A stretch of 64,000 nucleotides of DNA from an uncultured delta proteobacterium (GCA_963696385.1 CAVOKF010000007.1:1088001-1152000); one strand, 5' to 3'. Positions 50,318 through 59,913 are shown, counted from the first letter of the stretch. The notes: generated by a model not told the origin, from the sequence alone. Numbers and translations: made by a program.

Positions 50318-50392
50318 CTTAGTAGAGCGCCAGCCTGCAACGCAGGCGTACCCAGCGCAGCTGGGTACCGCTTAGCGGGGCGCTGTACTAAG
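50318..50392. repeat. Palindromic four-way-junction element (outer 14-bp IR enclosing three hairpins) between convergent genes
   Basis: CTTAGTAGAGCGCC/GGCGCTGTACTAAG (13/14 match); internal GCCTGC-AAC-GCAGGC, GTACCCAGC-GCA-GCTGGGTAC and CGC-TTA-GCG. Confidence 0.85.
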
Positions 50393-52388
50393 GCGCCTTT
50401 GCCGCACGCTGCCCGATCGCGCTCACCGCCTCGCCGAGGAGCTCGTCTTTGCGCATGCAGGGATAGCAGTCGGCCGCGCTCAAGAACCCGCATCCACGTA
50501 CCGAAGCGAGCTGCTGAAGGACCGGCAGCAACCTGGCGTCGCCCTGGTCGCGAGCCCGCTCCAGAAGGGCATGTTTCGCCTCGCACCCCTTGGTCTCACG
50601 CAGATCCAGCACCACCCCGAGCGCGGGGCTCGCGCGCGCGCGGACCTGGTCGATGAGGAGAGATCGCTTCGCGCGCGCCGCCGCTTGCGGATAAAGATGA
50701 CCGGATGCGCCGAACGCGATGTCGTACAAGATGTCGATGCCACGAGCGCCCATCTTGGATTCGAGGATCTGAAAGGCCTCCTCCTGCGCCTCTCTGAAGA
50801 GGGCCGCGTTGCGCACGTCTTCCTGTAGCTTGAGATCGGCGGCCCCCGCGGGCTCCGCGTCGAGCCAGAGTCCCGCCTCTCGCATAGCCTCGCGCGCGTT
50901 GCGCACGCCGGTGTACGCCTTCTCGAGACCGACGTGCACTTCGGCACGATCGGGGTTGGCTCTCTCGACTGTCGTCAGTTGATCGATAGCCGTCGCGAAA
51001 TCGCCCTTTTCGATATTGGCTTGCGCCGACGCGACGACGTCGTCGGCTTTTGGGTCAGCCCGCGGAGCGCGGGACGACACGACAGCTCCGGCGGGGGTCG
51101 AGGCGCCCGCGGTCGTTCCCCGGCGCGCCGCGTGCGCGACCAGGAGGCCCATCATCACCAGCGCCGCTGCAATTGCCACCTTCATTCGGCGCGTGGCCCA
51201 TCGGGGCGCCGCGCGAACGACCTGACCGAGCGATGCACCGAAGAGCGACACCAGGCTCTGCTGACTCGTCGCCGACGAAGCGACAGGCTTCGACGGCCCA
51301 CGGGCGGAAGGGTTCGGAGCCGTGCCGGCTCCGCTGAACCGAGGACCGCTCGGGCGAGGCGCGCGAGCGACCGCCGGAAGCTCGCCGATGAGCCCGCGCG
51401 CGGTGAGCTGCGCCGTCACCCAATCGAGCTCTTCGATGAGCTCCTTTGCACTCTCGAAACGAGCCGCGGCGTCTTTGGCGAGCAACTTCGTGACAATCGT
51501 ATCGAGCTCCACGGGAATGTCCGCGTCCGGGGCGCGCTCGGTCATCCGGGGAACGGGGGCGGTCACGTGCATGCCCAGAAGCGTGACCTTGCTTTCGTGA
51601 TCGTAGGGACGACCGCCCGTCAACATTTCGAACAGGATCGCGCCGAGAGCATACAAATCGGCGCGAGCGTCTACGGCCTCCCCGAGCGCTTGCTCGGGCG
51701 CCATGTACTCGGGCGTGCCGTACACCATCCCGAGCTGCGTCAACACCTGACCGGTCACGTTCGATTCGCCGATCAGCTCGCCAACGGGGACCTTCGCGAT
51801 TCCGAAGTCGAGCACTTTGACGAAGTTCGGATCGTCCTCGCGCGACACCAACATCACGTTCTCGGGTTTGAGATCCCGGTGCACGATTCCGAGAGCGTGA
51901 GCCCGGCTGAGACCGCTTGCCATCTGCCGGGCGATATGGAGCGCCGAACCGCAGTCGAGAGAGGCCTCGGCGATGGCCTCGCGCAAGCTTCTTCCCTCGA
52001 CGTACTCGAGGACCAAGAAGAACGAGCCGTCTTCGAGTTTTCCAAAGTCGGTCGCCGACGCGACGTTGGGGTGCTCGATATGGGCGGCGGCCATCGCTTC
52101 GCGTTCGAAGCGGGCGACGACCTCCGGGAGGCGGCTCATCTCTCCGTGAAGCACCTTGACGGCCAGACGCTTGTGCATGTGCATGTGCTCGGCCAGGTAG
52201 ACGGCGCCCATTCCACCCTGGCCGATGACGCGTTCGATAAGATAGCGACCGCTCAGCACCACCCCGACGAGCGACGCCGGACTGCTAGGCCGTGCACCGG
52301 GCCGCTCGACCTTGCGTTCGGCGCGACCGGGAGCCTGCCGGGGCTCCTCGGATTTCGTCGCAGCGCCACGGTCGGAGGGGGTGCTCAT
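50388..52388 (-). CDS. Ser/Thr protein kinase with TM segment and C-terminal extracytoplasmic helical domain
   Basis: IGQGGMGAVY, HRDLKPEN, DFG, GTPEYMAPE; TM segment VAIAAALVMMGLLV; terminal C..CYPC. Confidence 0.92.
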   Translation of the reverse strand: MSTPSDRGAATKSEEPRQAPGRAERKVERPGARPSSPASLVGVVLSGRYLIERVIGQGGMGAVYLAEHMHMHKRLAVKVLHGEMSRLPEVVARFEREAMAAAHIEHPNVASATDFGKLEDGSFFLVLEYVEGRSLREAIAEASLDCGSALHIARQMASGLSRAHALGIVHRDLKPENVMLVSREDDPNFVKVLDFGIAKVPVGELIGESNVTGQVLTQLGMVYGTPEYMAPEQALGEAVDARADLYALGAILFEMLTGGRPYDHESKVTLLGMHVTAPVPRMTERAPDADIPVELDTIVTKLLAKDAAARFESAKELIEELDWVTAQLTARGLIGELPAVARAPRPSGPRFSGAGTAPNPSARGPSKPVASSATSQQSLVSLFGASLGQVVRAAPRWATRRMKVAIAAALVMMGLLVAHAARRGTTAGASTPAGAVVSSRAPRADPKADDVVASAQANIEKGDFATAIDQLTTVERANPDRAEVHVGLEKAYTGVRNAREAMREAGLWLDAEPAGAADLKLQEDVRNAALFREAQEEAFQILESKMGARGIDILYDIAFGASGHLYPQAAARAKRSLLIDQVRARASPALGVVLDLRETKGCEAKHALLERARDQGDARLLPVLQQLASVRGCGFLSAADCYPCMRKDELLGEAVSAIGQRAAKAP

Positions 52389-52668
52389 TCGCAAGCGGGA
52401 GCATGCGGCCGCGAGACCCGCGGCGCTACTTTTCCAAGCTTACTCCGGCTCGGGACCCGGCGAATGAGTCGCGCCCGAGGTTCGAGGCGCTGCAGCCGCA
52501 TTCTTGGGGGTCGCACATCGCCCCCATGAACGCCAGGCCAGCTCGGCCGTGACGGCCCATGGGGCGCGAAACCGGGACGGACTGTGACGCCGAAGCGCGC
52601 GTCGATCAGGGCGCCCGCGTGCGCATCTCGCCACGCAAAGACGAACGGCGCAACGCAACGCGAACGGC

Positions 52669-53544
52669 CTAATTGAGAACGTTCCTCTTGACGGACAGCT
52701 CTTGCAGCCGCTGGCGGATTGAGCTTGCATCCGGCGCCTGGGGGACCAATTCGAGCAGGCGCGAAAGATCCGCTCGCGCCGATTCGACGGCACCGAGACG
52801 GGCGGCGAGAAGCCCGCGCTCGCGAAGAGCCGGCACCGAGTCGGGCGTGAGCGAGATGATGCGATCGAGCGCGAGGAGAGCGCGCGCGAAGTCGCCGCGG
52901 GTCGCATAGATCCATTTGAGGTTGATGAGCATGCGCACGAGCATGGTTCGATGCGACGCTGGGGCGAGGTGCTCGCTCGGCACGAGCCGCTGGTTTGGAG
53001 ACGCACGATCGAGCAGCTTCTGCAGTGCGGGGCCGTCGAGGCGGCGACCCCCGAAGAACGGGTCGACGACAATCGGCCCATCGCCTGCGCTCGAGTCGAC
53101 TCGAACGAGGAAATGACCGGGGAAGCTGACCCCGCGGGCGCTCACGCCGGCACGCCGGGCGAGCTCGCAATAGACGAGCGCGAGCGTAATCGGGATGCCG
53201 AGCTTACGATCGAGCACATCGGGAAGAAGACTGTTCCTCGGATCGTAATAGTCTTGCTCGTTGCCCCGAAACCCGAGCTGATCATGGACGCACCGTGAGA
53301 CCGCTTCCGCCTGGTGCTCGAGCGGAAGAGCCGCCAAGCACCGGGTGACCAGCGGCGCAGCCATGTCATCGAACGCACTGAGGACCCGATCCACGTCGAG
53401 GGTTCCATACGCGTCGCGCGCGATGAGCGCCGCCCCTGCGGCGACGTCGATGAACTCGTCCGGCAGTCGCGCCAATTGCTCGAACGTCGTGGGACGGGGC
53501 GGCACCCGCGGCTCGACAGGAGAATGGCCAAGCGGCACGAGCAT
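52669..53544 (-). CDS. SirB1/YchA family protein (transglutaminase-like core + TPR)
   Basis: GFRGNEQDYYDPRNS, LGIPITLALVY, GVSFPGHFLVR, RMLINLK, LRERGL. The ORF-track N-terminal extension is antisense to the DHS gene. Confidence 0.88.
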   Translation of the reverse strand: MLVPLGHSPVEPRVPPRPTTFEQLARLPDEFIDVAAGAALIARDAYGTLDVDRVLSAFDDMAAPLVTRCLAALPLEHQAEAVSRCVHDQLGFRGNEQDYYDPRNSLLPDVLDRKLGIPITLALVYCELARRAGVSARGVSFPGHFLVRVDSSAGDGPIVVDPFFGGRRLDGPALQKLLDRASPNQRLVPSEHLAPASHRTMLVRMLINLKWIYATRGDFARALLALDRIISLTPDSVPALRERGLLAARLGAVESARADLSRLLELVPQAPDASSIRQRLQELSVKRNVLN

Positions 53545-53637
53545 CGTGATCGAAGTCATTGAAATGTGCCCTTTCGCGAACCCCTGCATGCGAGCTCTTG
53601 ACGCCCGCTTGTGCCTGACGAACTCATTGTCGCGCCC

Positions 53638-54873
53638 ATGCCCACCCGAACGCGCAAGCAGAATACTCCGAATGGCGCCAGCCTGCGCAGACACTTCGAA
53701 GAATCGCGCGACGTTCGTCCCATGGCCATCTCGGGCAAGGAGCGACCGCACGAAATTCTGATGCAACGGTTTCCGGCGTATGTCGGGCGCCAAGAACGTA
53801 CTGCGTACGAGCTGATGCGGCGGAGCGTGGAGCAGGACTGCGCGATCTTTCTCACCTTCAGCGGCGCGATGACACCGGCCGGCCTCCACCAGTCCTGCCT
53901 CATCCCCCTCATCGAGCGCGGACTCATCGACTGCATCACGACGACGGGGGCGAATTTGTATCACGACGCACACCGCGTCATTGGCCACCGGATCCGCGAA
54001 ATCGACCCGACCGCGGGCGATCTCCAGTACCGCCTCGCGCGCATCATCCGCATCTACGATCTCGGCTTTTGGGAGGAAACGCTGCTCGAGACCGACAGGC
54101 TCTTCTCGGCGATCCTGCGCGGCCCGGAGTTCCAGCGAAAAATGACGACGCCCGAGCTTCACTTCATGCTCGGCAAACGGATCTCGGACATCGAAAGCGC
54201 CCTCGAGGTCAAGGAGCCGTCGCTGCTGTCGACCGCCTACCGGAGGGGTGTTCCCATCTTCGTCGGGGCCGTTCAAGACGGGTCGATATTCCTCAATATC
54301 GTCAAGCTCAAGCGCCTGCTCGGTGACGTGTTCAAGCTGGAGATCGATGTCAACGACGACGTCTTCGAAATGGGCGCGATGCAACACCATTGCTTTGCGA
54401 CCCTGCGCAAGTCGATGGCCGTGTGGATCCTGGGCGGCGGCGTTCCCAAGAACTACACGCTGCAAGGAGAGCCGCTCCTCGATCAGATTCTCGGGGTACC
54501 CACACACGGTTTCGACATCGACGTGCAATTCTGCGTCGACCCAGTCGACAATGGCGCGCTCAGCTCGTGTCCGGCGGGGGAAGGCCACACGTGGGGGAAA
54601 GTGTCGGCCGAGAGTGTCGCGACGGGCAGCGTCTACGTCCACGCCGACGTGACGGCAGTCTTTCCCTGGCTGACCTATGCCCTTCTGAGCGATGCGGCGA
54701 TGAAGCGGAGCGCGCTACGCCTCTACGATTCGCGCGAGCGTGCCGTCGCGCAATTGCAACGCGAGGTCGATAAACGGAAGAGCCAGCTAGCGAAAACGAT
54801 TTCCTACGATGGGGTAGGCAAGACGGCGAACGTCACTCCTGACCGAGCGCCACGAGGAACTCGCAAAGCGTGA
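53638..54873 (+). CDS. Deoxyhypusine synthase-like protein (probable homospermidine pathway)
   Basis: SGAMTPAG, TTGANLYHD, DGSI, GGGVPKNY, GALSSC...EGHTWGK, HADVT. Confidence 0.88.
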   Translation: MPTRTRKQNTPNGASLRRHFEESRDVRPMAISGKERPHEILMQRFPAYVGRQERTAYELMRRSVEQDCAIFLTFSGAMTPAGLHQSCLIPLIERGLIDCITTTGANLYHDAHRVIGHRIREIDPTAGDLQYRLARIIRIYDLGFWEETLLETDRLFSAILRGPEFQRKMTTPELHFMLGKRISDIESALEVKEPSLLSTAYRRGVPIFVGAVQDGSIFLNIVKLKRLLGDVFKLEIDVNDDVFEMGAMQHHCFATLRKSMAVWILGGGVPKNYTLQGEPLLDQILGVPTHGFDIDVQFCVDPVDNGALSSCPAGEGHTWGKVSAESVATGSVYVHADVTAVFPWLTYALLSDAAMKRSALRLYDSRERAVAQLQREVDKRKSQLAKTISYDGVGKTANVTPDRAPRGTRKA

Positions 54874-55234
54874 GGAGGGCCTCCCTCGAGCGGTGCTCGA
54901 ACGCGAGACCGGCTCGCGGAGACGGGTGGGACCAAAGCGCATCCTTTTCGCTGGATCCGTCTGGGGCGGACGCCGCGCTCGATCCCGTCCAGGCGACTCG
55001 GGCACGAAGACGCAACGGGTCCCACAGAGTGGGTGTCGTGAACGACAGCATGACCCCGTCGTTGCAACGGAGCTGCTCGTCGACGGCGACGCAGGCGCCG
55101 CCGAGACCGATGTTCTCGACGAGCGCGTAGCGCTGCCAGCCAGCCTCGAAGTGCTCCAAGAGCCCGTGCAAGCGAACCTGCGCCCGGCCGTGGGCGCGAA
55201 AGCAACCCGGCCCGCGCGCGCGATGGATCAGCAT
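54833..55234 (-). CDS. PilZ-domain protein
   Basis: FRAHGR (RxxxR) and ENIGLGG (N-x-S/G-x-x-G); LRARVAW...AGLAF; start uncertain. Confidence 0.7.
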   Translation of the reverse strand: MLIHRARGPGCFRAHGRAQVRLHGLLEHFEAGWQRYALVENIGLGGACVAVDEQLRCNDGVMLSFTTPTLWDPLRLRARVAWTGSSAASAPDGSSEKDALWSHPSPRAGLAFEHRSREALLTLCEFLVALGQE

Positions 55235-55430
55235 CAGCGCCCCCACGGTCGTCGCACTACGGTGGTCACGATGGGAATCGGTCCGAGATTTGTAGCGTGG
55301 GTGCTCCCCGATGACATGGCATTTTGCAGCCATAGCGGGTTACGATGGGTCCGTGTTTGTCGTGAGCTGATCGACGTCAACCGATCGACCGCGAGCATCG
55401 GTGACGAGAAAGTTGGGGAAACGGCGTTCG

Positions 55431-57107
55431 ATGACCCAGGACACCCGCAAAGATCGCCGCGTGAAGATCGTCAGCTTGAACGTCCGTTACAAGAGCGCAA
55501 CGGTCGACGAGTTCATCGAGAATCACGCGCTCGATGTCAGCCGGGGCGGCATCTACGTCAAGACGGGCAGTCCATTTCCCCCGGGAACATTGCTCAAGTT
55601 CGAGATTCGGCTAGCCAGCGACCAAGCGGTGATCACGGGGGTCGGCCGGGTCGTTTGGAAGCGCGATGGCAACCAAGGGACCGGCGATCGACCCGCAGGC
55701 ATGGGGGTCAAATTCATCAAAATCGATGAGCCGTCCAGGGCCCTCGTCGACAAGCTGCTCAACTCACGCGCGGATGCAGGCCAAGCCTTCGAATCCGAAC
55801 CCGAGGCGCCACCGCCGGCAGCCGGACCAAAGCCCATCCAGACACCCGCAGGGATGCACGCTGCGACTCGTGTCGGATCGCCACAGGTACCCTCGGTCGG
55901 CAAAGGAACGATGGTCGGGCTTGGCATTCCGGGCTCAGTCCCCTCGAGCGAACACCCGGCGCGGACACCGGTGCCGCGCTCGCCATCGGCACCACCCCGG
56001 CCGAATCCCAGCGCAGGCATGTTCCCGGCCAAGAGCCGATTTACCTCCTCCGTCCCACCGAAGGCGGAGCAGACCGTCATGAAGCAGGCGGCGGAACTTC
56101 TCGAGGAAGCGCTTCGTGAGGCGGGCGGTTCGATGGCGGACGTCGGCACCAACCCCCTTTTCTCCGGACCGGGGGATTCCCGTGCGCCAAGCGGTCCGCC
56201 GGCCGTAGAACCGGCCGTGCCGCCCGCCGAGCCGAGCACGGTCGGAGCACAGGCCGCCTCCGTCGCAGAGGCGGCACCCACTGCTCTGCGCGACGACGCG
56301 GCCGGTGCGCGAGCCATGGTGGCGGCGATGTCTCCAGCCCCCGTTCAAGCCCACGCCGGACAATCCGGAGCGACCCTCATCATACGCGATCCGTTGCCGA
56401 ACGTTCGAGCCGACAGCCAGGCCAGCCGTTCCTCCGGCCGCCCGACTTCGGCGTCCTCCCGTCCCCGCGCGATCGCGAGCCCGCAGGAGGACGACATCAA
56501 GCCTGCCTGGACGGGCCGCGCCGGCAAGTGGTTGTGGCTGGTTGCGGCCGCCACCGCGGCGCTCGCCGCAATCCTGTTTCGCGACACGCTGTTCGGCGGC
56601 CAGGCGTCGGACAATCCTGCCTCTTCTTCGTCGCCGTCAGCCTCCGTAGCGGCGCCCGTCGTGACCCCGCCGCCGCCGGCACAGACGGCTGTCGCCATCG
56701 CCCCTTCGGCATCCTCAATCGGCGTGACACCTGTTCCCGATAGGGGCGACGCTTCCGCCTCCTCCGAAGCCGAAGCGTCGGGGTCCGCCCCTTCGCCGGC
56801 GCCCGCGGCCCAACGGGCTGTGGCTGCAGGTCAAGTCCGACCGGCGATCCCCTCCTATGCGGCACCGCGCTCGTCTCCACCGGTCGCCGCGCCCGCCGTG
56901 CGTCCCATCGCCACGACGCTGGCGACGACCGGGACTACGAACAACGCACCTGCGGCCCCGTCCGTGTGGGTCCATGGGGCCGCGAGCCCGTCGGCGACGA
57001 CAGGGACGGCCCCGACCTCTACCTCGACCGGCTCTGCGAGCGGATCGCCCACGCCCAAGGCCACGTCGTCGTCGCCGTCATCCGATGAAAATCCGTATAC
57101 GTTCTGA
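55431..57107 (+). CDS. TIGR02266-type myxobacterial PilZ-like protein with Pro/Ser-rich linkers and TM
   Basis: RKDRR...DEFIENHALDVSRGGIYVKT...GRVVW...GMGVKF; TM segment WLWLVAAATAALAAILF. Confidence 0.85.
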   Translation: MTQDTRKDRRVKIVSLNVRYKSATVDEFIENHALDVSRGGIYVKTGSPFPPGTLLKFEIRLASDQAVITGVGRVVWKRDGNQGTGDRPAGMGVKFIKIDEPSRALVDKLLNSRADAGQAFESEPEAPPPAAGPKPIQTPAGMHAATRVGSPQVPSVGKGTMVGLGIPGSVPSSEHPARTPVPRSPSAPPRPNPSAGMFPAKSRFTSSVPPKAEQTVMKQAAELLEEALREAGGSMADVGTNPLFSGPGDSRAPSGPPAVEPAVPPAEPSTVGAQAASVAEAAPTALRDDAAGARAMVAAMSPAPVQAHAGQSGATLIIRDPLPNVRADSQASRSSGRPTSASSRPRAIASPQEDDIKPAWTGRAGKWLWLVAAATAALAAILFRDTLFGGQASDNPASSSSPSASVAAPVVTPPPPAQTAVAIAPSASSIGVTPVPDRGDASASSEAEASGSAPSPAPAAQRAVAAGQVRPAIPSYAAPRSSPPVAAPAVRPIATTLATTGTTNNAPAAPSVWVHGAASPSATTGTAPTSTSTGSASGSPTPKATSSSPSSDENPYTF

Positions 57108-57144
57108 GCGAGGGTGCGGATTCTGTCCGTGAGCGAGCAGGGCC

Positions 57145-57783
57145 TCAGCGCTTGCGCAGAAACGGGTTGTGCGCGCGCTCTTCGCCGATCGTCGTGGAGC
57201 TGCCGTGCCCTGTCACGACCAGGGAGTCGTCGGGAAGCGTGAGCAGTCGAAGCCGGATCGAACGAACGAGCGTCTCCTGGTCGATTCCGCCGAGGTCCGT
57301 GCGGCCTATGCTCCCCCGAAATAACGTGTCGCCAGAGAACACCACGGTTCGCGCCGCGTCCGCGACGACGAACGAACAGCTGCCCGGGGTGTGTCCAGGA
57401 GTATGCAGCACCGTCATCTCCAGCACGCCGGCGCGAAGCGTCAAGCCGTCGACCAGCGCGCCGTCCATGTCCGCCAGGACGGGCAGGTCGAGCCCGAGCA
57501 ACTCCGACTGCATGGGCAGCATTTGGTAGAGGCGCCGATCGCCTTCATGGATGCTGGCCGCTGCCCCCGTCGCACGCTGAAGTTCCGCCGTGCAACCGAC
57601 ATGGTCGATGTGCGTGTGCGTGTGGAGAATCGCCCCGACCGTGACGCCCAGCGCCTCGAGTCGCGCGCGGAGCGCCTTGAAGTCCCCGCCAGGGTCAATC
57701 ACGATGGCGCGCTTGGCTTCGAGGTCCGCCACGATGGAGCAGTTGCACTGGAGCGGGCCCACAGCCAGCGTTTCGACGTGCAC
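57145..57783 (-). CDS. MBL-fold metallohydrolase (glyoxalase II/YcbL-like)
   Basis: HTHTHIDH, HTPGHTPG, SGDTLF.GSIGRTD, GHG...ERAHNPF. Confidence 0.92.
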   Translation of the reverse strand: MHVETLAVGPLQCNCSIVADLEAKRAIVIDPGGDFKALRARLEALGVTVGAILHTHTHIDHVGCTAELQRATGAAASIHEGDRRLYQMLPMQSELLGLDLPVLADMDGALVDGLTLRAGVLEMTVLHTPGHTPGSCSFVVADAARTVVFSGDTLFRGSIGRTDLGGIDQETLVRSIRLRLLTLPDDSLVVTGHGSSTTIGEERAHNPFLRKR

Positions 57784-57967
57784 GACTCCGTGGTTAGCAC
57801 GCCCCTACCACGGCAAGGGCGCTGCACGACGCCGTCCGCACCGCGTGGCCCTCGTTTCATCCGGGGCCGCCCTGAGCGGTGGATTCGTCCTCGGATGAGC
57901 CGCCGGCGCGGCCCGTCGATCGGGCTACGCGTTGCGCCACGAAGCGGTTGGACCGTACGCTGGCCCG

Positions 57968-58576
57968 ATGTCCACGGTGCGCGTTCCAGGATTTTTTTTC
58001 GTTGTCCTCGCCGTCGTCACGCAGCTCGCCCTCCTCACGGCATGCGGTCGATACAACGAACTCGTCGATAAGGACCAGGCGTGCCAGCAGAAGTGGGCCG
58101 ACGTCGAGGCCCAGATTCAGCGGCGCTACGACCTCGTTCCCAACCTCGTCGCTACCGTCAAAGGCTCAGCCGCGCACGAGGAGAAGACTCTCTCGGAGGT
58201 CACCCATGCACGTGCCGAGGCGACGAGCCTTCATCTCTCGGCCGACGATCTCGAGGACCCGGCGAAAATGGCTGCGTTCGCCAAGGCACAGGACAATCTC
58301 AAAGGGTCTCTGTCGCGTCTGCTCCTCACCCAAGAAGCCTATCCCGACCTGAAAGCCAATGCGCAGTTTCACGATCTGGCGATCGAGCTGGAGGGAACGG
58401 AGAATCGGATTGCGCGGGCGCGCGAGGAGTACGACAAGGCCGTCGCCGACTACAACTCGACGCTCGCACACGTGGGCGGGCAAGTCCTCAACAAGATTAC
58501 GGGCAAGCCCTTCAAGGCTCGCGCGTATTTCACGGCCCTTCCGGAGGCGCGCGACGCCCCGCACGTGAGCTTTTGA
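57968..58576 (+). CDS. lemA: LemA family protein
   Basis: YNELV, QIQRRYDLVPNLV, EAYPDLKAN, ELEGTENRI. Confidence 0.93.
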   Translation: MSTVRVPGFFFVVLAVVTQLALLTACGRYNELVDKDQACQQKWADVEAQIQRRYDLVPNLVATVKGSAAHEEKTLSEVTHARAEATSLHLSADDLEDPAKMAAFAKAQDNLKGSLSRLLLTQEAYPDLKANAQFHDLAIELEGTENRIARAREEYDKAVADYNSTLAHVGGQVLNKITGKPFKARAYFTALPEARDAPHVSF

Positions 58577-59331
58577 TGGTTGGCCGCCACGTCGTCGCAT
58601 TCCTCACGTTTCTGGCGACGGCGTTCGTCGTCGTGCACGCCCAGGGGTACATCCCGCCTCCGATCGCCGGACACGTGACCGACATGGCCGGCAAGCTCTC
58701 CCCCTCCGAGCGCGACAATCTCGACGCGCGATTGGAGGCCATCGACCGCGCAAGCGGCGCCGAAATCGCCGTGCTCATCGTGCCTGCCCTCGGCGGCGAA
58801 CCGATCGAGGACGTCGCCTACGACACGTTCAATACGTGGAAGCTCGGGAAAAAGGGGGCCGACAACGGCGTGCTCTTGGTCATTGCCGTCGCCGATCGCC
58901 GCGTCCGTATCGAGACCGGCAAAGGTGTCGAGGGACAGCTCACCGACTTGCAAACGCAAGACATCATCCAACGGCAGATCGGTCCCGCACTCAAACAGGA
59001 CCGCTTTTACGACGGAATCCGCGCGGGGACGGATGCCATGGCCGCCGCCATCACCGGACATTCGCCGAGCGCAGGGAATGGCGTGGCCCACTGGCGTTGG
59101 CAAGACGCGGCTCCCATCGGGCTGATGGCGCTCTTTGCCTTGGTGTGGATTGCGCTGGTTCTGCGCAGAATGGGCGGACGAGGCCCCGGAGGCGGCGGGG
59201 GGTGGCGAGGTGGCGGGGGATGGGGAGGCGGATGGGGGGGTGGCTTCGGCGGCGGTGGCTCTTCCGGCGGGGGTGGCTTCTCCGGCGGGGGCGGATCGTC
59301 GGGTGGCGGCGGATCGTCCGGTAGCTATTGA
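58576..59331 (+). CDS. TPM-domain (YgcG-like) membrane protein with Gly-rich tail
   Basis: VTDMAGKL, WKLGKKGADNGVLLVIA..DR..RIETG; GGGFSGGGGSSGGGGSSGSY tail; 1-bp overlap with lemA. Confidence 0.9.
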   Translation: MVGRHVVAFLTFLATAFVVVHAQGYIPPPIAGHVTDMAGKLSPSERDNLDARLEAIDRASGAEIAVLIVPALGGEPIEDVAYDTFNTWKLGKKGADNGVLLVIAVADRRVRIETGKGVEGQLTDLQTQDIIQRQIGPALKQDRFYDGIRAGTDAMAAAITGHSPSAGNGVAHWRWQDAAPIGLMALFALVWIALVLRRMGGRGPGGGGGWRGGGGWGGGWGGGFGGGGSSGGGGFSGGGGSSGGGGSSGSY

Positions 59332-59412
59332 GGTCGTTCGCCCAAGAGCGATCGACCGACAGGGGGGCCGGGTCGGGCCGTCACGCCGCATCTGCACGGG
59401 GGCGGACCGACG

Positions 59413-59838
59413 TCACGGCTGTTTGGTGCAGCTGTACTGCAGCGTCTCCAAAGCCCCGGCCACGCCGACGGTGAGGTTGCCCGTTAGGGTGGACCCGCTC
59501 ACGGTGGCTGTGCCGCCCGACACCGTCACCGTCGATCCGCCGGTCGTGCAGGATTGACCGCTCTCGACCGTCGCGGTCCCGTCGCTCACCGTGTACTTCG
59601 CCGTGCAAAGCGGCACCGCTGTCCCCGTCGGGGTGACCGTAATCGAGCCATCCGAATTCTCGACAACGGCTACGGTAAAGGCCGTTTCGATCACGGCAAG
59701 AGTGCAGGACCAGGTGCCGACGAACGTGCCGGCGACCGCCTTGTTACCGCTTCCGGCCGTGCTGCTGCCGCAGGCAACGGTCCCGAGGGCGACGGCGAGG
59801 CAAGCCCACCACAAGGGCAAAAAGCGCATGCACCACAC
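59413..59838 (-). CDS. Hypothetical beta-rich lipoprotein
   Basis: Lipobox-like TVAC; FVGTWSC; Thr/Val-rich; AGGAGG upstream. Confidence 0.65.
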   Translation of the reverse strand: MWCMRFLPLWWACLAVALGTVACGSSTAGSGNKAVAGTFVGTWSCTLAVIETAFTVAVVENSDGSITVTPTGTAVPLCTAKYTVSDGTATVESGQSCTTGGSTVTVSGGTATVSGSTLTGNLTVGVAGALETLQYSCTKQP

Positions 59839-59913
59839 CTCCTTCGGGCCACGATACGCTCATTTCGTGGATGCGACGTCAGGAGCGGGTGCCGTCCAAA
59901 CCGCGAACCTCTA

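Noticed and set aside
50318..50392. Calling the cloverleaf element a tRNA gene
   Set aside because: Loops are 3 nt, there is no TTCGA or D-loop GG, and there is no 7-nt anticodon loop.
53545..54642. Apparent long N-terminal extension (fusion) of the SirB1-like ORF
   Set aside because: Lies antisense to the DHS-like gene; open frame without an in-frame stop, not a real fusion.
59185..59328. G-rich run as a G-quadruplex or repeat element
   Set aside because: Explained by the Gly-rich tail typical of TPM/YgcG proteins.
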